IMG/VR virus record: IMGVR_UViG_3300035520_000350
Coordinates: 32,466-96,465 of that record
DNA length: 64,000 nt
Reading direction: 5' to 3' (one strand)
Source: a virus
Lineage: Duplodnaviria; Heunggongvirae; Uroviricota; Caudoviricetes
Shown here: piece after piece, positions 1-8,900 of the stretch
Numbering within the stretch: position 1 is the first letter of the stretch
Layout: every line of letters starts with the position of its first letter
The notes under the pieces: model-generated
What the model was told of the DNA's origin: nothing
Seen by the model: the letters and a program-made list of their open reading frames with translations, nothing else
Database searches by the model: none
Program-made: the position numbers and the translations under genes

Positions 1-47
1 TTGTACTTCTTATTACATACACCAGGTATATTAACTTTGATCTGCAT
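1..47 (-). CDS. Partial CDS, N-terminal end only. The gene runs off the left edge of the window.
   Basis: ATG at 47..45 on the minus strand, preceded by AAGGAGG (reverse complement of 58-64). The reading frame stays open to position 1. Confidence 0.3.
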   Translation of the reverse strand, partial: MQIKVNIPGVCNKKY

Positions 48-67
48 AGGTTCTTCTCCTCCTTAAA

Positions 68-904
68 CTATAAGTATTGTTTCATCTCTTCTACTGATAG
101 AGTATATACTGCTTGCTCTATAGGTTTTCTTTCTTGTTTATCTTCTATTAGAATCTTATCGTGTATACTAGGTAAACGATAACTATTATCCTTAATAGTC
201 TGAATTTGCGTCAGCATTGCATTCCCTAGTGTATCCATACACGGAATTTGAAAATCTGCAGATTTGACGTTTATACTAAGATTATTAGTATCTAAAATGG
301 TAGTATTAAGAAGCTCAGAAGTCTGTTCTTTAGTATACTTCTCCATTCTACTAACCATATCTTTTTGTTCTGGTTTAATAAACGGATCATAATATTGCAT
401 AAACAAATCATATCTTCCCATAACGTTATCTACCGGTATAAATATCTTACCATTGTGAACTAGCTTATGCACTGTCTCAGATAGAGGTATTAATCCTACC
501 ATTAGCTTATAGTGTAGTATCATTACTTCTTTAGCTATCATCTCTACTTCTATAGATTCATTATAGTATACTCTCTTATTATACACTATCTCACAGATAT
601 CATACAATGTAAACGGATAGTGATGTATCTCTATTCTAATAGTAAAGCTTTCCTTGTTAGTAGCATTCACTATATAAGCACATCTATTCATATCCATATT
701 GTTTCTGATATAGTTTATAAACTGCTTATACTCGAAAGAACTTCTTACTTCATGCTCTATATCACCTATAAACTTCTTATACTCTTTACTATCAGTATCT
801 TCTATATCAGTATAAGTCTCAAAGTCATAATCTGGTACTATACCTATCTTAATCTCATTAGATAGATTAGAATCAGTTACAATAATAGAATCAGGATCTA
901 TCAT
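68..904 (-). CDS. Hypothetical protein, 278 aa.
   Basis: Long ORF with no motif I recognise. Confidence 0.55.
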   Translation of the reverse strand: MIDPDSIIVTDSNLSNEIKIGIVPDYDFETYTDIEDTDSKEYKKFIGDIEHEVRSSFEYKQFINYIRNNMDMNRCAYIVNATNKESFTIRIEIHHYPFTLYDICEIVYNKRVYYNESIEVEMIAKEVMILHYKLMVGLIPLSETVHKLVHNGKIFIPVDNVMGRYDLFMQYYDPFIKPEQKDMVSRMEKYTKEQTSELLNTTILDTNNLSINVKSADFQIPCMDTLGNAMLTQIQTIKDNSYRLPSIHDKILIEDKQERKPIEQAVYTLSVEEMKQYL

Positions 905-1003
905 AGTTATTACATCTCCTTTCTATGATTAGATTATTGTAAAGTTCAATTAGTCTATTTAGTCATAAACTATAGATCTGATAAAGAAAGGAGGTTATTC
1001 AAT

Positions 1004-1627
1004 ATGGTAAGTAAAGGTACCACTATGAGTAAACGAATGTCTAAGATACTGGGAAAGAATGTATCTGATGTTATAGAGACAGATCTATACTGGTACGGTA
1101 TAGACTTTGTAAAGGAGGTTTATAAACAGATGTGTATAGTAAACACAGTAGAGAAATATATAACTATTAAGACTGATAGAAGAGAGTGTGAAATATATGT
1201 AGACAATAAAGGTCCTAAGTATATCTGTAGCTTATCTTTCTTCAATAATCTTGGTATAGAACTACTTAAGCTAGAGTTCTCTGAGTGTATGGCTGTATCT
1301 GTAATAGATGCTATATACTCTTATGAAGACTTTAATATGAAAGACATATCTATTCCAATAGATAGTGTAACTATTCCAGGTATAAGTTATATTCTAAAAC
1401 TAGATAGAGATATGACTAATAACTGTATGAGTCATATGACAATATTTCAACATAATATCTTATATCCCAATTCTTATATTCCAGTAGTAAGTTGTAGTCT
1501 TACTTCTGATAATATTCTATCTGATTTCTTATATGCTATGTACTTCTCTTGGATAATAGACTTAGATAACTGTAATGATATATCTCTTGAAGAAGGATTA
1601 TATTCAGCAATGATTAACCAATCATAA
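1004..1627 (+). CDS. Hypothetical protein, 207 aa.
   Basis: ORF preceded by AAAGGAGG 7 nt upstream of the ATG. Confidence 0.6.
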   Translation: MVSKGTTMSKRMSKILGKNVSDVIETDLYWYGIDFVKEVYKQMCIVNTVEKYITIKTDRRECEIYVDNKGPKYICSLSFFNNLGIELLKLEFSECMAVSVIDAIYSYEDFNMKDISIPIDSVTIPGISYILKLDRDMTNNCMSHMTIFQHNILYPNSYIPVVSCSLTSDNILSDFLYAMYFSWIIDLDNCNDISLEEGLYSAMINQS

Positions 1628-1679
1628 AAATTTAAAGTCTTAGTAAACTTCTAACTAATATTTAGAGAGAGAGGTCTTT

Positions 1680-1900
1680 GGGGTGGTAGGTCGGGGAATG
1701 GGTGCGAAAAAAAGAAGTCCCTTAAGGTTTTTCCCTTTCCCTCAACTGGAACAAAAGAAAACCCTCATAAAAGAAGTCCCAGTCGGACTGGGGCGTGAGC
1801 CCCCCAGTCGGATTAGTATCCTGAAACTACAGGACGAACTCGACTTGAAGATTACTGAAGTTATACTGAATGTCACTTCTTTACAAGAAGTGACATTTTT
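1680..1900 (+). ncRNA. Candidate structured ncRNA or leader. GC-rich with internal duplications, ending in an intrinsic terminator.
   Basis: GC-rich patch in AT-rich DNA. GAAGTCCC occurs twice and CCCAGTCGGA occurs twice, including the palindrome CCCAGTCGGACTGGG. A perfect 11-bp hairpin TGTCACTTCTT/AAGAAGTGACA at 1871-1895 is followed by TTTTT. The 75-aa ORF called here is probably not real. Confidence 0.3.
1871..1900 (+). terminator. Rho-independent terminator.
   Basis: 11-bp perfect stem plus T5. Confidence 0.6.
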
Positions 1901-2192
1901 CATGGACTAGGTGTTAGTGAAAGATGAAAGTATGATGTACGACTAACCAGACCTAATGGGAAAGATTTAGAGAAAGTTTAGTACCAAGTGCAGGAAGTTC
2001 ATAAAGCAAGACAAACATGACTAGGATATAAAGTCAGGTGCAAAAATATATGAGAGTCTAGAGTAAGTCAAGAACTGTAGCTAGTTACTGCACTCAATAC
2101 AGACTAGGTGCTAGTGTACGTTTAGGGTAAGATGCAGAAAGGTAGTTAACAACTATTAGAAAGAATATAAAGTAAAGGAAGTTAAGTGAGAC

Positions 2193-2354
2193 ATGAAGAA
2201 TATGGCAATAGGAGTTATAGGAGAAGGAAAGAGATTAAGTACATTACTTAAGAAGTATCTGGAGTATATAGAAGAAGCAGATGAGGTAAAGATAGAATTA
2301 GAAGACAATATAGTAAAGATAAGTAAACTAAATGAGTCAATAGAGACAAAGTAA
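2193..2354 (+). CDS. Small hypothetical protein, 53 aa (MKNMAIGVIGEGKRLSTLLKKYLEYIEEADEVKIELEDNIVKISKLNESIETK).
   Basis: ATG at 2193 with AAAGGAAG upstream. Below the ORF-track length cutoff. Confidence 0.3.
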   Translation: MKNMAIGVIGEGKRLSTLLKKYLEYIEEADEVKIELEDNIVKISKLNESIETK

Positions 2355-2465
2355 TCTCTATTGACTTAAAAGTGTCTTGTAACTTTTGTTTTTACAAATC
2401 ATATATTATCTATATGTAGCAGTGTCTTGATATAAGACATAATAAAAACGAAAGGAAGTAAGAAT

Positions 2466-3116
2466 ATGAATAACGAAAGGACAAGGTGTAATGATGAAGT
2501 ATTACAAAGTACTATTGAAGTTCTAAATAGTATTATAGAGGCTTTACAAGATACTGTAAATAACGGTAAAAGTCTTGGAGAATCTTGTAGAGAAAGAAAT
2601 CTCTTGTATAAAAAAGTAAGATCTTTAGTAATGGGTATCAGTAGTTACAATATTCTCATTAATGAGAACTTAAAAGAGATAGAGTTACCAGAAGAAGATG
2701 GATATGAAAAGTTATATAGAGAAATCTTTAACTTATCTAAGAGTGATAACTTTTCTTTTCCAGTAGACTTAAAAGAAACTATAGATATTGTTATTGATAA
2801 TGCCTTAACTGAAAGGGAGAAGAAGATATTATCTATGAGATATGCTTTAGGAGAATTTGAGTACGATTCTACCTTTGAAGAGATCGGGAAAGTATTTAAC
2901 GTAAATAAAGAAAGGATAAGGCAGATAGTATTAAAGGCTATAAGAAAGCTTAGAAATCCTAAAAGATCTAAAGTTATTAGAGATGGTATTGCTAGTTATA
3001 AAGAAGCAACAAGAGAGAACGAAATAATAGCAGAAGCAGCTAAAGAAAAGCGTATAGCAAAAATGCAGGAGTTTAAAGAACAAGTAAAGAATGGCTTAAT
3101 TACTAACGGTAATTAG
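2466..3116 (+). CDS. Sigma-70 region-4-like HTH protein. Region 2 is not recognisable.
   Basis: LTEREKKILSMRYAL...STFEEIGKVFNVNKERIRQIVLKAIRKLRNPKRSKV matches sigma-70 region 4.2 (RIRQIE.KALRKLR). The N-terminal 110 aa is unrelated to sigma region 2. Ends with TAG at 3114-3116. Confidence 0.65.
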   Translation: MNNERTRCNDEVLQSTIEVLNSIIEALQDTVNNGKSLGESCRERNLLYKKVRSLVMGISSYNILINENLKEIELPEEDGYEKLYREIFNLSKSDNFSFPVDLKETIDIVIDNALTEREKKILSMRYALGEFEYDSTFEEIGKVFNVNKERIRQIVLKAIRKLRNPKRSKVIRDGIASYKEATRENEIIAEAAKEKRIAKMQEFKEQVKNGLITNGN

Positions 3117-3395
3117 CAACAGATATTTGAATATCTAAGAGATAAACCGTTAGATGATAGTTTAGGTCTTAGTTCTAGAGCTTATAACTGTATTAAGAGA
3201 GGTACTTGTTATACGAACTGTGCTCAGTTTGTTACTTTAACAGATGAGACTCTTCTTAAACTTAGAAACTGTGGTGACGTTACTCAAAAAGAAATTAAAG
3301 GTAAGATACAAGAACTTCTCGATGAATACTATGGTGGGGTAGTAACGAGAAAAGACTTCTTAGATCTTATCGAGAAGAAGATTATAAAAGTGTAA
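3117..3395 (+). CDS. RNA polymerase alpha-subunit C-terminal-domain (alpha-CTD) like segment. It is in frame directly after the TAG of the sigma-4 ORF and has no ATG/GTG/TTG start. It is either expressed by stop-codon readthrough or is a pseudogene fragment.
   Basis: The translation QQIFEYLRDKPLDDSLGLSSRAYNCIKRGTCYTNCAQFVTLTDETLLKLRNCGDVTQKEIKGKIQELL matches the alpha-CTD helix-hairpin-helix (E. coli [48 protein letters not shown]). It spans 92 codons to TAA at 3393-3395 with no in-frame start codon. Confidence 0.4.
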   Translation, partial: QQIFEYLRDKPLDDSLGLSSRAYNCIKRGTCYTNCAQFVTLTDETLLKLRNCGDVTQKEIKGKIQELLDEYYGGVVTRKDFLDLIEKKIIKV

Positions 3396-3456
3396 TCTAA
3401 AAGACACTTTATAGTAACTTAAAGTACTATTTATAAAGAGAAGGGAGGAAGTAACA

Positions 3457-3549
3457 ATGGAATTACCTAAAAACATTATGGAACAATTTGGTGTAAAGGA
3501 AGATCCTTTTAAACCTTATGAGTATTTCGATGATGTCCGGTTACCTTAG
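3457..3549 (+). CDS. Tiny ORF, 30 aa (MELPKNIMEQFGVKEDPFKPYEYFDDVRLP).
   Basis: Strong SD GGGAGGAAG 6 nt upstream of the ATG. Confidence 0.25.
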   Translation: MELPKNIMEQFGVKEDPFKPYEYFDDVRLP

Positions 3550-3576
3550 GGTTGTATCGGTGGAGGATTCTCCACT

Positions 3577-4269
3577 ATGGAAGTAATGATTGACGGTATA
3601 TATCTGCCGAGGACTACACTTGATTCTATTAACAGAATAAGAAAAGAGTCTACTGAAACTCGTAAGGGAGAGTTATTATCTCTTAAGTCTATGGAGAAGA
3701 ACTGTGCAGTCCGGCAATTCCTTATTGATAATATCGATAAGGTAAGAACCTTGCCTAGTAGATCTGGGACAAATAACGTGGTTATGTACTTTGCTTATGA
3801 TAAGAGTACCTTGACGTTTAAGTTTTTCTTCTATAAAGATAGATTTATTACGACAGGTAACGTTCAGCATCATAGAGTATATAGCCGGATGTCAAAAGAG
3901 GTAGATCTTAATGATAAAGACAATAAAGACTATAACTTAAATATCTTTAAGTATATGGTTGAGAATGGTCTGTTCGATGAACTGGAGTTTATTCCGTTCG
4001 TTATACTGGAGGCTAACCTTTGTCCGTCACATAAAGCTTACGTTAAGTATGTAAAGGGTAATGAGTTACCGGTTAAGGCGTTTAATAATCCGGTATACGG
4101 AATCAATATAAAGAACTCCGAGGATGTGATGTGCCGATTGACAGACTGGTTCGAGAGGGGAGGATCTATCAAAGACTACACCCAGTACCTTATCTTGGTA
4201 TGTAAGGATGATAGTAGCAAGTACTACTTGAGAAATTATAGAAAAGCAACAGAAGGAGGAACAGAGTAA
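3577..4269 (+). CDS. Hypothetical protein, 230 aa. Paralog of the 4269-5029 gene.
   Basis: C-terminal block FIPFVILE...PVYGINIKNSEDVMCRLTDWFERGGSIKD...YLILVCKDDSSKYYLRNYRK recurs in the 4742-5029 reading frame. Confidence 0.6.
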   Translation: MEVMIDGIYLPRTTLDSINRIRKESTETRKGELLSLKSMEKNCAVRQFLIDNIDKVRTLPSRSGTNNVVMYFAYDKSTLTFKFFFYKDRFITTGNVQHHRVYSRMSKEVDLNDKDNKDYNLNIFKYMVENGLFDELEFIPFVILEANLCPSHKAYVKYVKGNELPVKAFNNPVYGINIKNSEDVMCRLTDWFERGGSIKDYTQYLILVCKDDSSKYYLRNYRKATEGGTE

Positions 4270-4745
4270 TGAATATAGATAGAGATATCTATGTATCTAT
4301 AGATGCAAAAGATAACGAAATACCGTACCAGAATTTTAGTGACGAGGTATTACCTTTCGGTCATGATGATCTTAACAATAAGTCTATTAAAGTATTGAGA
4401 GAGATTAACAAGATAAGGGACACTGCAGAGAGTCTAGCAAGAGGAGATATTATTAGTAGAGAGGTATACTCTAATACGATATATAAAGACTTCTTGTTAG
4501 ACAACATTTCTAAAGTTATGAAAGTAAAAGATGATTCTGGTATAGCATATCAACATATCTTCTGTTACTTTAAGTACTCTAGAGCAGGAATGAGGTTTGA
4601 TATTATATTTAAACCTCATGCTCTTAAGTATGATGATCCGATACAAAGAGAGATATTCAATGCTTGGGATAATGAAGAGGTGTTGGATAATATGTCTGAC
4701 ATATATAAACCTGAAGGTAAAGAGAAATCTTTAAGTTCCTGGTAG
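4269..4745 (+). CDS. Hypothetical protein. It is the N-terminal part of a frameshifted paralog of the 3577 gene.
   Basis: The ORF ends at TAG 4743-4745. Homology to the 3577 protein continues in the -1 frame from about 4721. Confidence 0.5.
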   Translation: MNIDRDIYVSIDAKDNEIPYQNFSDEVLPFGHDDLNNKSIKVLREINKIRDTAESLARGDIISREVYSNTIYKDFLLDNISKVMKVKDDSGIAYQHIFCYFKYSRAGMRFDIIFKPHALKYDDPIQREIFNAWDNEEVLDNMSDIYKPEGKEKSLSSW

Positions 4746-5029
4746 AAAAAGGATACTTTGAGAAGTTCGAGTTTATACCGGTAGTGTTTCACGATGGAGT
4801 GGTAATAGATATCACTCACAGAGCATACACTGATAAGAAAGGTAAGAGAATTAAGGAATGTATATGTCCTGTATACGGCATCAATATCAAACGCTCTGAA
4901 GAGATTATGAATGGTTTATCTGATTGGATTAAGAAAGGATACGTTATTAAAGATCATAATAGGTATCTCGTATTAACCTGTAAAGAGGATAGAAGTAAGT
5001 ATTATCTTAAGAGGTTTGAAGAGAAGTAA
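4742..5029 (+). CDS. C-terminal part of the frameshifted paralog (-1 frame relative to 4269-4745). The conserved domain is EFIPVVF...CPVYGINIKRSEEIMNGLSDWIKKGYVIKD...YLVLTCKEDRSKYYLKRFEEK.
   Basis: The frame-2 translation from 4721 (REIFKFLVEKGYFEKFEFIPVV) aligns with NIFKYMVENGLFDELEFIPFV of the 3577 protein. The only conventional start is GTG at 4784. Confidence 0.45.
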   Translation, partial: VEKGYFEKFEFIPVVFHDGVVIDITHRAYTDKKGKRIKECICPVYGINIKRSEEIMNGLSDWIKKGYVIKDHNRYLVLTCKEDRSKYYLKRFEEK

Positions 5030-5038
5030 ACATAGCTA

Positions 5039-5075
5039 GGAGGTGGTTAGATCCTAACCACCTCTATTTTTTCTG
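5039..5075 (+). terminator. Rho-independent terminator.
   Basis: AGGTGGTTAG-ATC-CTAACCACCT followed by CTATTTTTT. Confidence 0.6.
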
Positions 5076-5152
5076 TTATATACTATAAGATGGTATAAGA
5101 GGCACAAGTCTTTTATATAAATAAAACCTAAAGAAGAAAGGAAAACAAAACA

Positions 5153-5938
5153 ATGACGAAAGCAAAAACATTACTGAGACACAGTATTGAGAAAGATCTA
5201 AGGAGGATCATTGCTGATGTAGTTGACGTATGGATCGATGATGATATTGATTATCTTGTTGATCTGGTTGAATCATCTGATAGCAGAGAATTTGACTTCC
5301 GTGTAGCTCTTCTCGAAGAAAAGGTAATTGTAAGGATGTGTAAAACGTTCAAAGGTCTTAATCAGAAAAATGTCTACTTCAACATGATCAACCTGTTCAT
5401 CCGGAACTATATGTTCGAGAAGTATGAGGAGCATACCTGGACTGATACTGAAGATTATAAAGCGGTTAGAGAAGCAATCAATGGTGATGATAAGGAAGAA
5501 GATAAGAACGACTGTCAGTGTGCAGACAAATGTAAGAAGGATGGAGAAACCCCTTACAACACCTTTATGAGACAGATGGCTGCCATAGGGTTAAAAGAAT
5601 TGTGTGAGCCGGATCACTGTAGCAAGAATAAAGAGTGTGAAATACCGGAATGGGAAAGAGAAGAATGCCGGAAGAAGATGATCAAGAAAGCGGAAGATAT
5701 TCTTAAAGGCAATGAACCGGAGAAAGATTCCGAGGTTAAGAAAGAGGAGCAGCCTGAAGCAAAGGAAGAAGAGCCTAAGGCTGAAGAAGAGAAGAAGCCA
5801 GAGGAAAAGAAGCAGGAAGGTGAGGAAATCCATGGTATCAAAGGTATCATTGGTGGTAATATGTCTCTCTTTGATATGCTGATGCTGGCGGGATATCTTA
5901 AATCTAAGATCGATTCAGAAACAGATACGTTACATTAA
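5153..5938 (+). CDS. Hypothetical Cys-rich protein, 261 aa, with a Glu/Lys-rich tail.
   Basis: CQCADKCKKDG...CEPDHCSKNKECEIPEWEREEC followed by low-complexity EEQPEAKEEEPKAEEEKKPEEKK. GC is higher than in neighbouring genes. Confidence 0.55.
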   Translation: MTKAKTLLRHSIEKDLRRIIADVVDVWIDDDIDYLVDLVESSDSREFDFRVALLEEKVIVRMCKTFKGLNQKNVYFNMINLFIRNYMFEKYEEHTWTDTEDYKAVREAINGDDKEEDKNDCQCADKCKKDGETPYNTFMRQMAAIGLKELCEPDHCSKNKECEIPEWEREECRKKMIKKAEDILKGNEPEKDSEVKKEEQPEAKEEEPKAEEEKKPEEKKQEGEEIHGIKGIIGGNMSLFDMLMLAGYLKSKIDSETDTLH

Positions 5939-5939
5939 A

Positions 5940-5990
5940 ACAGAAAGAGCGTAGGGTATATACCCTACGCTCCCCTTTTATTTTTTATAC
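5940..5990. terminator. Bidirectional terminator shared by the convergent genes 5153-5938 (+) and 5985-12023 (-).
   Basis: GAGCGTAGGGTATATACCCTACGCTC hairpin with an A-run on the left and a T-run on the right. Confidence 0.6.
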
Positions 5991-8900
5991 TTTTGTATCA
6001 TCATATGGTATTCCAGCCATATCTTTACAAGTTCTGTCTAACTCAACCATTAACTTCTGTAAAGCACCATAAGTAACAGTACTTTGTACCATACGTTTCT
6101 GAATTGAAGTTACACTAACGAAAGCAGAGATATGTTCATTAGGTCTGAAATCTGTATAAGGTTCTTTACCTTCTGGTATTACCTTACTTATAATAGCCTT
6201 ATTAGCAGCATTGTAAGTAATCTTATCTCCTACTCCTAAGATATCAGTGTATTCGATATAGAACTCAATCAATATACTGTCATAAGACTTCTTAAGTTTA
6301 CCAGTAGCATCTAATGGATAATCTGCAGGTAAGTCAGTATACTCAATACCTTCTTCCTTAAGTTTACTCTTTAACTCATGTATTGGTTTTTCATAAGCTT
6401 TAACAAGCTTTCTTAAAGAATCAGACATCTCATCATAGTCTACTGTTCTGTATATCTTAATACCAGCTATTCTACCAGTAACTTCTGCCTTAACAGAATG
6501 TCTTCCTAATTCAGATACAGCTTCTTTATCATTAGCTAAAGCTTTAAGCAAAGCATTTACTTCCTCTTCATCATACGGAGTTTGCCATACAAGAAGATTC
6601 TCTCCTTGCTCTATATGCTGTCCCACTTTAACTACGTTATAGATATTAGTATCCTTATCAAGAACACAATCTACTTTACCAATGATGTCACAAGATAACA
6701 TCTTAGCCATTTCTTCTGTAATAACACCAGAATCTTCAAATCCCTCATCAGTATTGATAATAGCTATCTTAGCTAACTTACCTACGTTGTAAGCAAGATT
6801 ATCTGTCTCTCCTAAAGAGTTAGATAAGGATAAATGATCATATGCTAAGATCTGTCCAGGTTTAAACTTAGAACCTACTTTAAGCTTCTCATCAGCATCT
6901 AACTTAAGAGGTACATAGAATCCACCATCAGAGTTCTTCTCTATTGTTTCAGACAGATTGATGTAATCTTCTGTACCGTCGTCATACTGTATAATCATAT
7001 AACTTTCAGTGAGTTCTTTAACTACTCCCTTACTCTTAGCTTTATAAGCAAACTGATCTGAACAGATATAAGCTAAAGCTTCATCAGAACCATTAGTAAC
7101 TAACAAAGGATCTGATTGTTCTGTTCTTACAGCATGTTTAGAAGTCTGGATGAAAGACATAGCAATACGCATAGGATCATCATGAGTAGCAATAAATGGC
7201 ATTACTGCTTCAGTAGCTGTTAATACTTTAGCAGTATTCATATTATCTGTCTTACCCTTAGAATCTTTTACATATCCTCTTCCTCCCTCTATATTCATAT
7301 CAAGAGTAGCCTGACGTGTAATACCTACATTACCAGAGAAACCAGTACTCATACCTACTACACCAAGCATAGACTTATCATAAGTTCTTTTATCAAGAGA
7401 GTAAGATCTATCACTATTCATACCTGATAAACCTTTGTATGTAATAGCATTAGTAGTCTCTACATCATTAAGAAGATTATTAACAGAGTAGTCACTAGAT
7501 GTAGGGTCTAACATGATCTTATCTATGACAGCAGATTGCTTACAACTAAATGGAGCCTGAGTTCTATTATGTTTTAAGCTATTAGCATATATACCATAAG
7601 TTTCACTCATAACCTGATAAGTATAAGCTGCTACTAACTCATAACGCCTAGCTCTTCTTGAAGAAGTATCTGTATGTCTGATAAACTTATTATCCGATAA
7701 CAGATAGTTTGCATACAGTAATACAGAGATATACTCTGTAGGAAGTTTATAGTATTCAAGAGTTTCTTTAGTGATAGGATCTATCTCACAATCATAGAAG
7801 TTATCCAGACCATCAGCTTTAATCCTTCCACCATAATCTTCTAAGAACTCAAGATACATATTCTTATCATCCACCTCAGTGAATGAATGAGATAATGTAT
7901 CACAATCTTTAAAACCAGATAAGAGTAAAGAAGAGTTATAGTCTACTCTATATACTAAGTAACCATCGCTAAATCTTATCCAGTCTAAGCTAATGTTATT
8001 TCTATCCTCAGAAGAAAGTTTCTCTGTAAATCTATACTCTATATTAGCCTTCTTTAAGATCTGAGTCAATCCTTCAGAGTAAGAGCAAACAATAATAAGA
8101 GGAATCTCTTCTCCCATAATCTTAGCTCTAGTATAAGTAGAACCAGTAGCAGACTTAGCAGAAGAGTATAACTCATAGAAATCACTATTTGTCTCATATG
8201 TCATATCCCTTACTAAAGTATCAATGAAAGGAATGGTATCTTTGTTACTATAGTATACAAGATGCTTATTCTCCTTATCATAAGCATAAGGAGTTCCTAA
8301 GCCTTCATTTACTTCATATAACTCTCTAATCTGATCCTGATTGAAGTAGAAGATGTACTGCTTTGTTTCTATAGTAGTGAATACACCAGAGAGATCAATA
8401 TAATCTATAGGAAGGTTATATTTAGCACAGATTCTAGAGTTATTACCTTCTACAAACTTTATCTTGTTACCAGTATACTTACTAGCAGCTTTGATAAACC
8501 TACTTACATTAGGAAGAGATCTACCAGATACTGTATTGAATCTGGATATGATAATCTTCTTGTAGTTAGTAACTATCTGACAAGTATCTAAGTCTACCTT
8601 AATGATAGGCATATTGAAGAACTGTGTCTGAATAGTCTTAGCATTACCTCTAAGTAAGAATCTATCGTTTCTGATCTTCGGTATATCAAGTTTAATAGTA
8701 TATCTCTTTCCTCTATAGTCTTCATACTCTACAGTATACAGATCAAGTCTATCCTCAGAAGTAGAGTTATCTTCTGCTTTGATGTTTCTTACAGATAAAG
8801 GTCTTGATACAGTAGAGAAGTGCTTAAAGATATTAACTAAGTCCTTCTCTATATCGTAATTCTTATCGAAGTTCATATACTGCATATGATGCCACTCTTC

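Noticed and set aside
1683-1910. The 75-aa ORF read as a protein.
   Set aside because: It lies in a GC-rich duplicated, palindromic element that ends in a terminator, and the translation is proline/glycine-rich nonsense. It is more likely an RNA or operator element.
2466-3395. Genome-wide TAG reassignment (code 15-like) as the explanation for the in-frame TAG between the sigma-4 and alpha-CTD segments.
   Set aside because: Several other genes end in TAG followed by out-of-frame or stop-rich sequence, for example 4743, 12588, 14452 and 34951. TAG therefore functions as a stop in general. Only a local readthrough or a pseudogene remains plausible.
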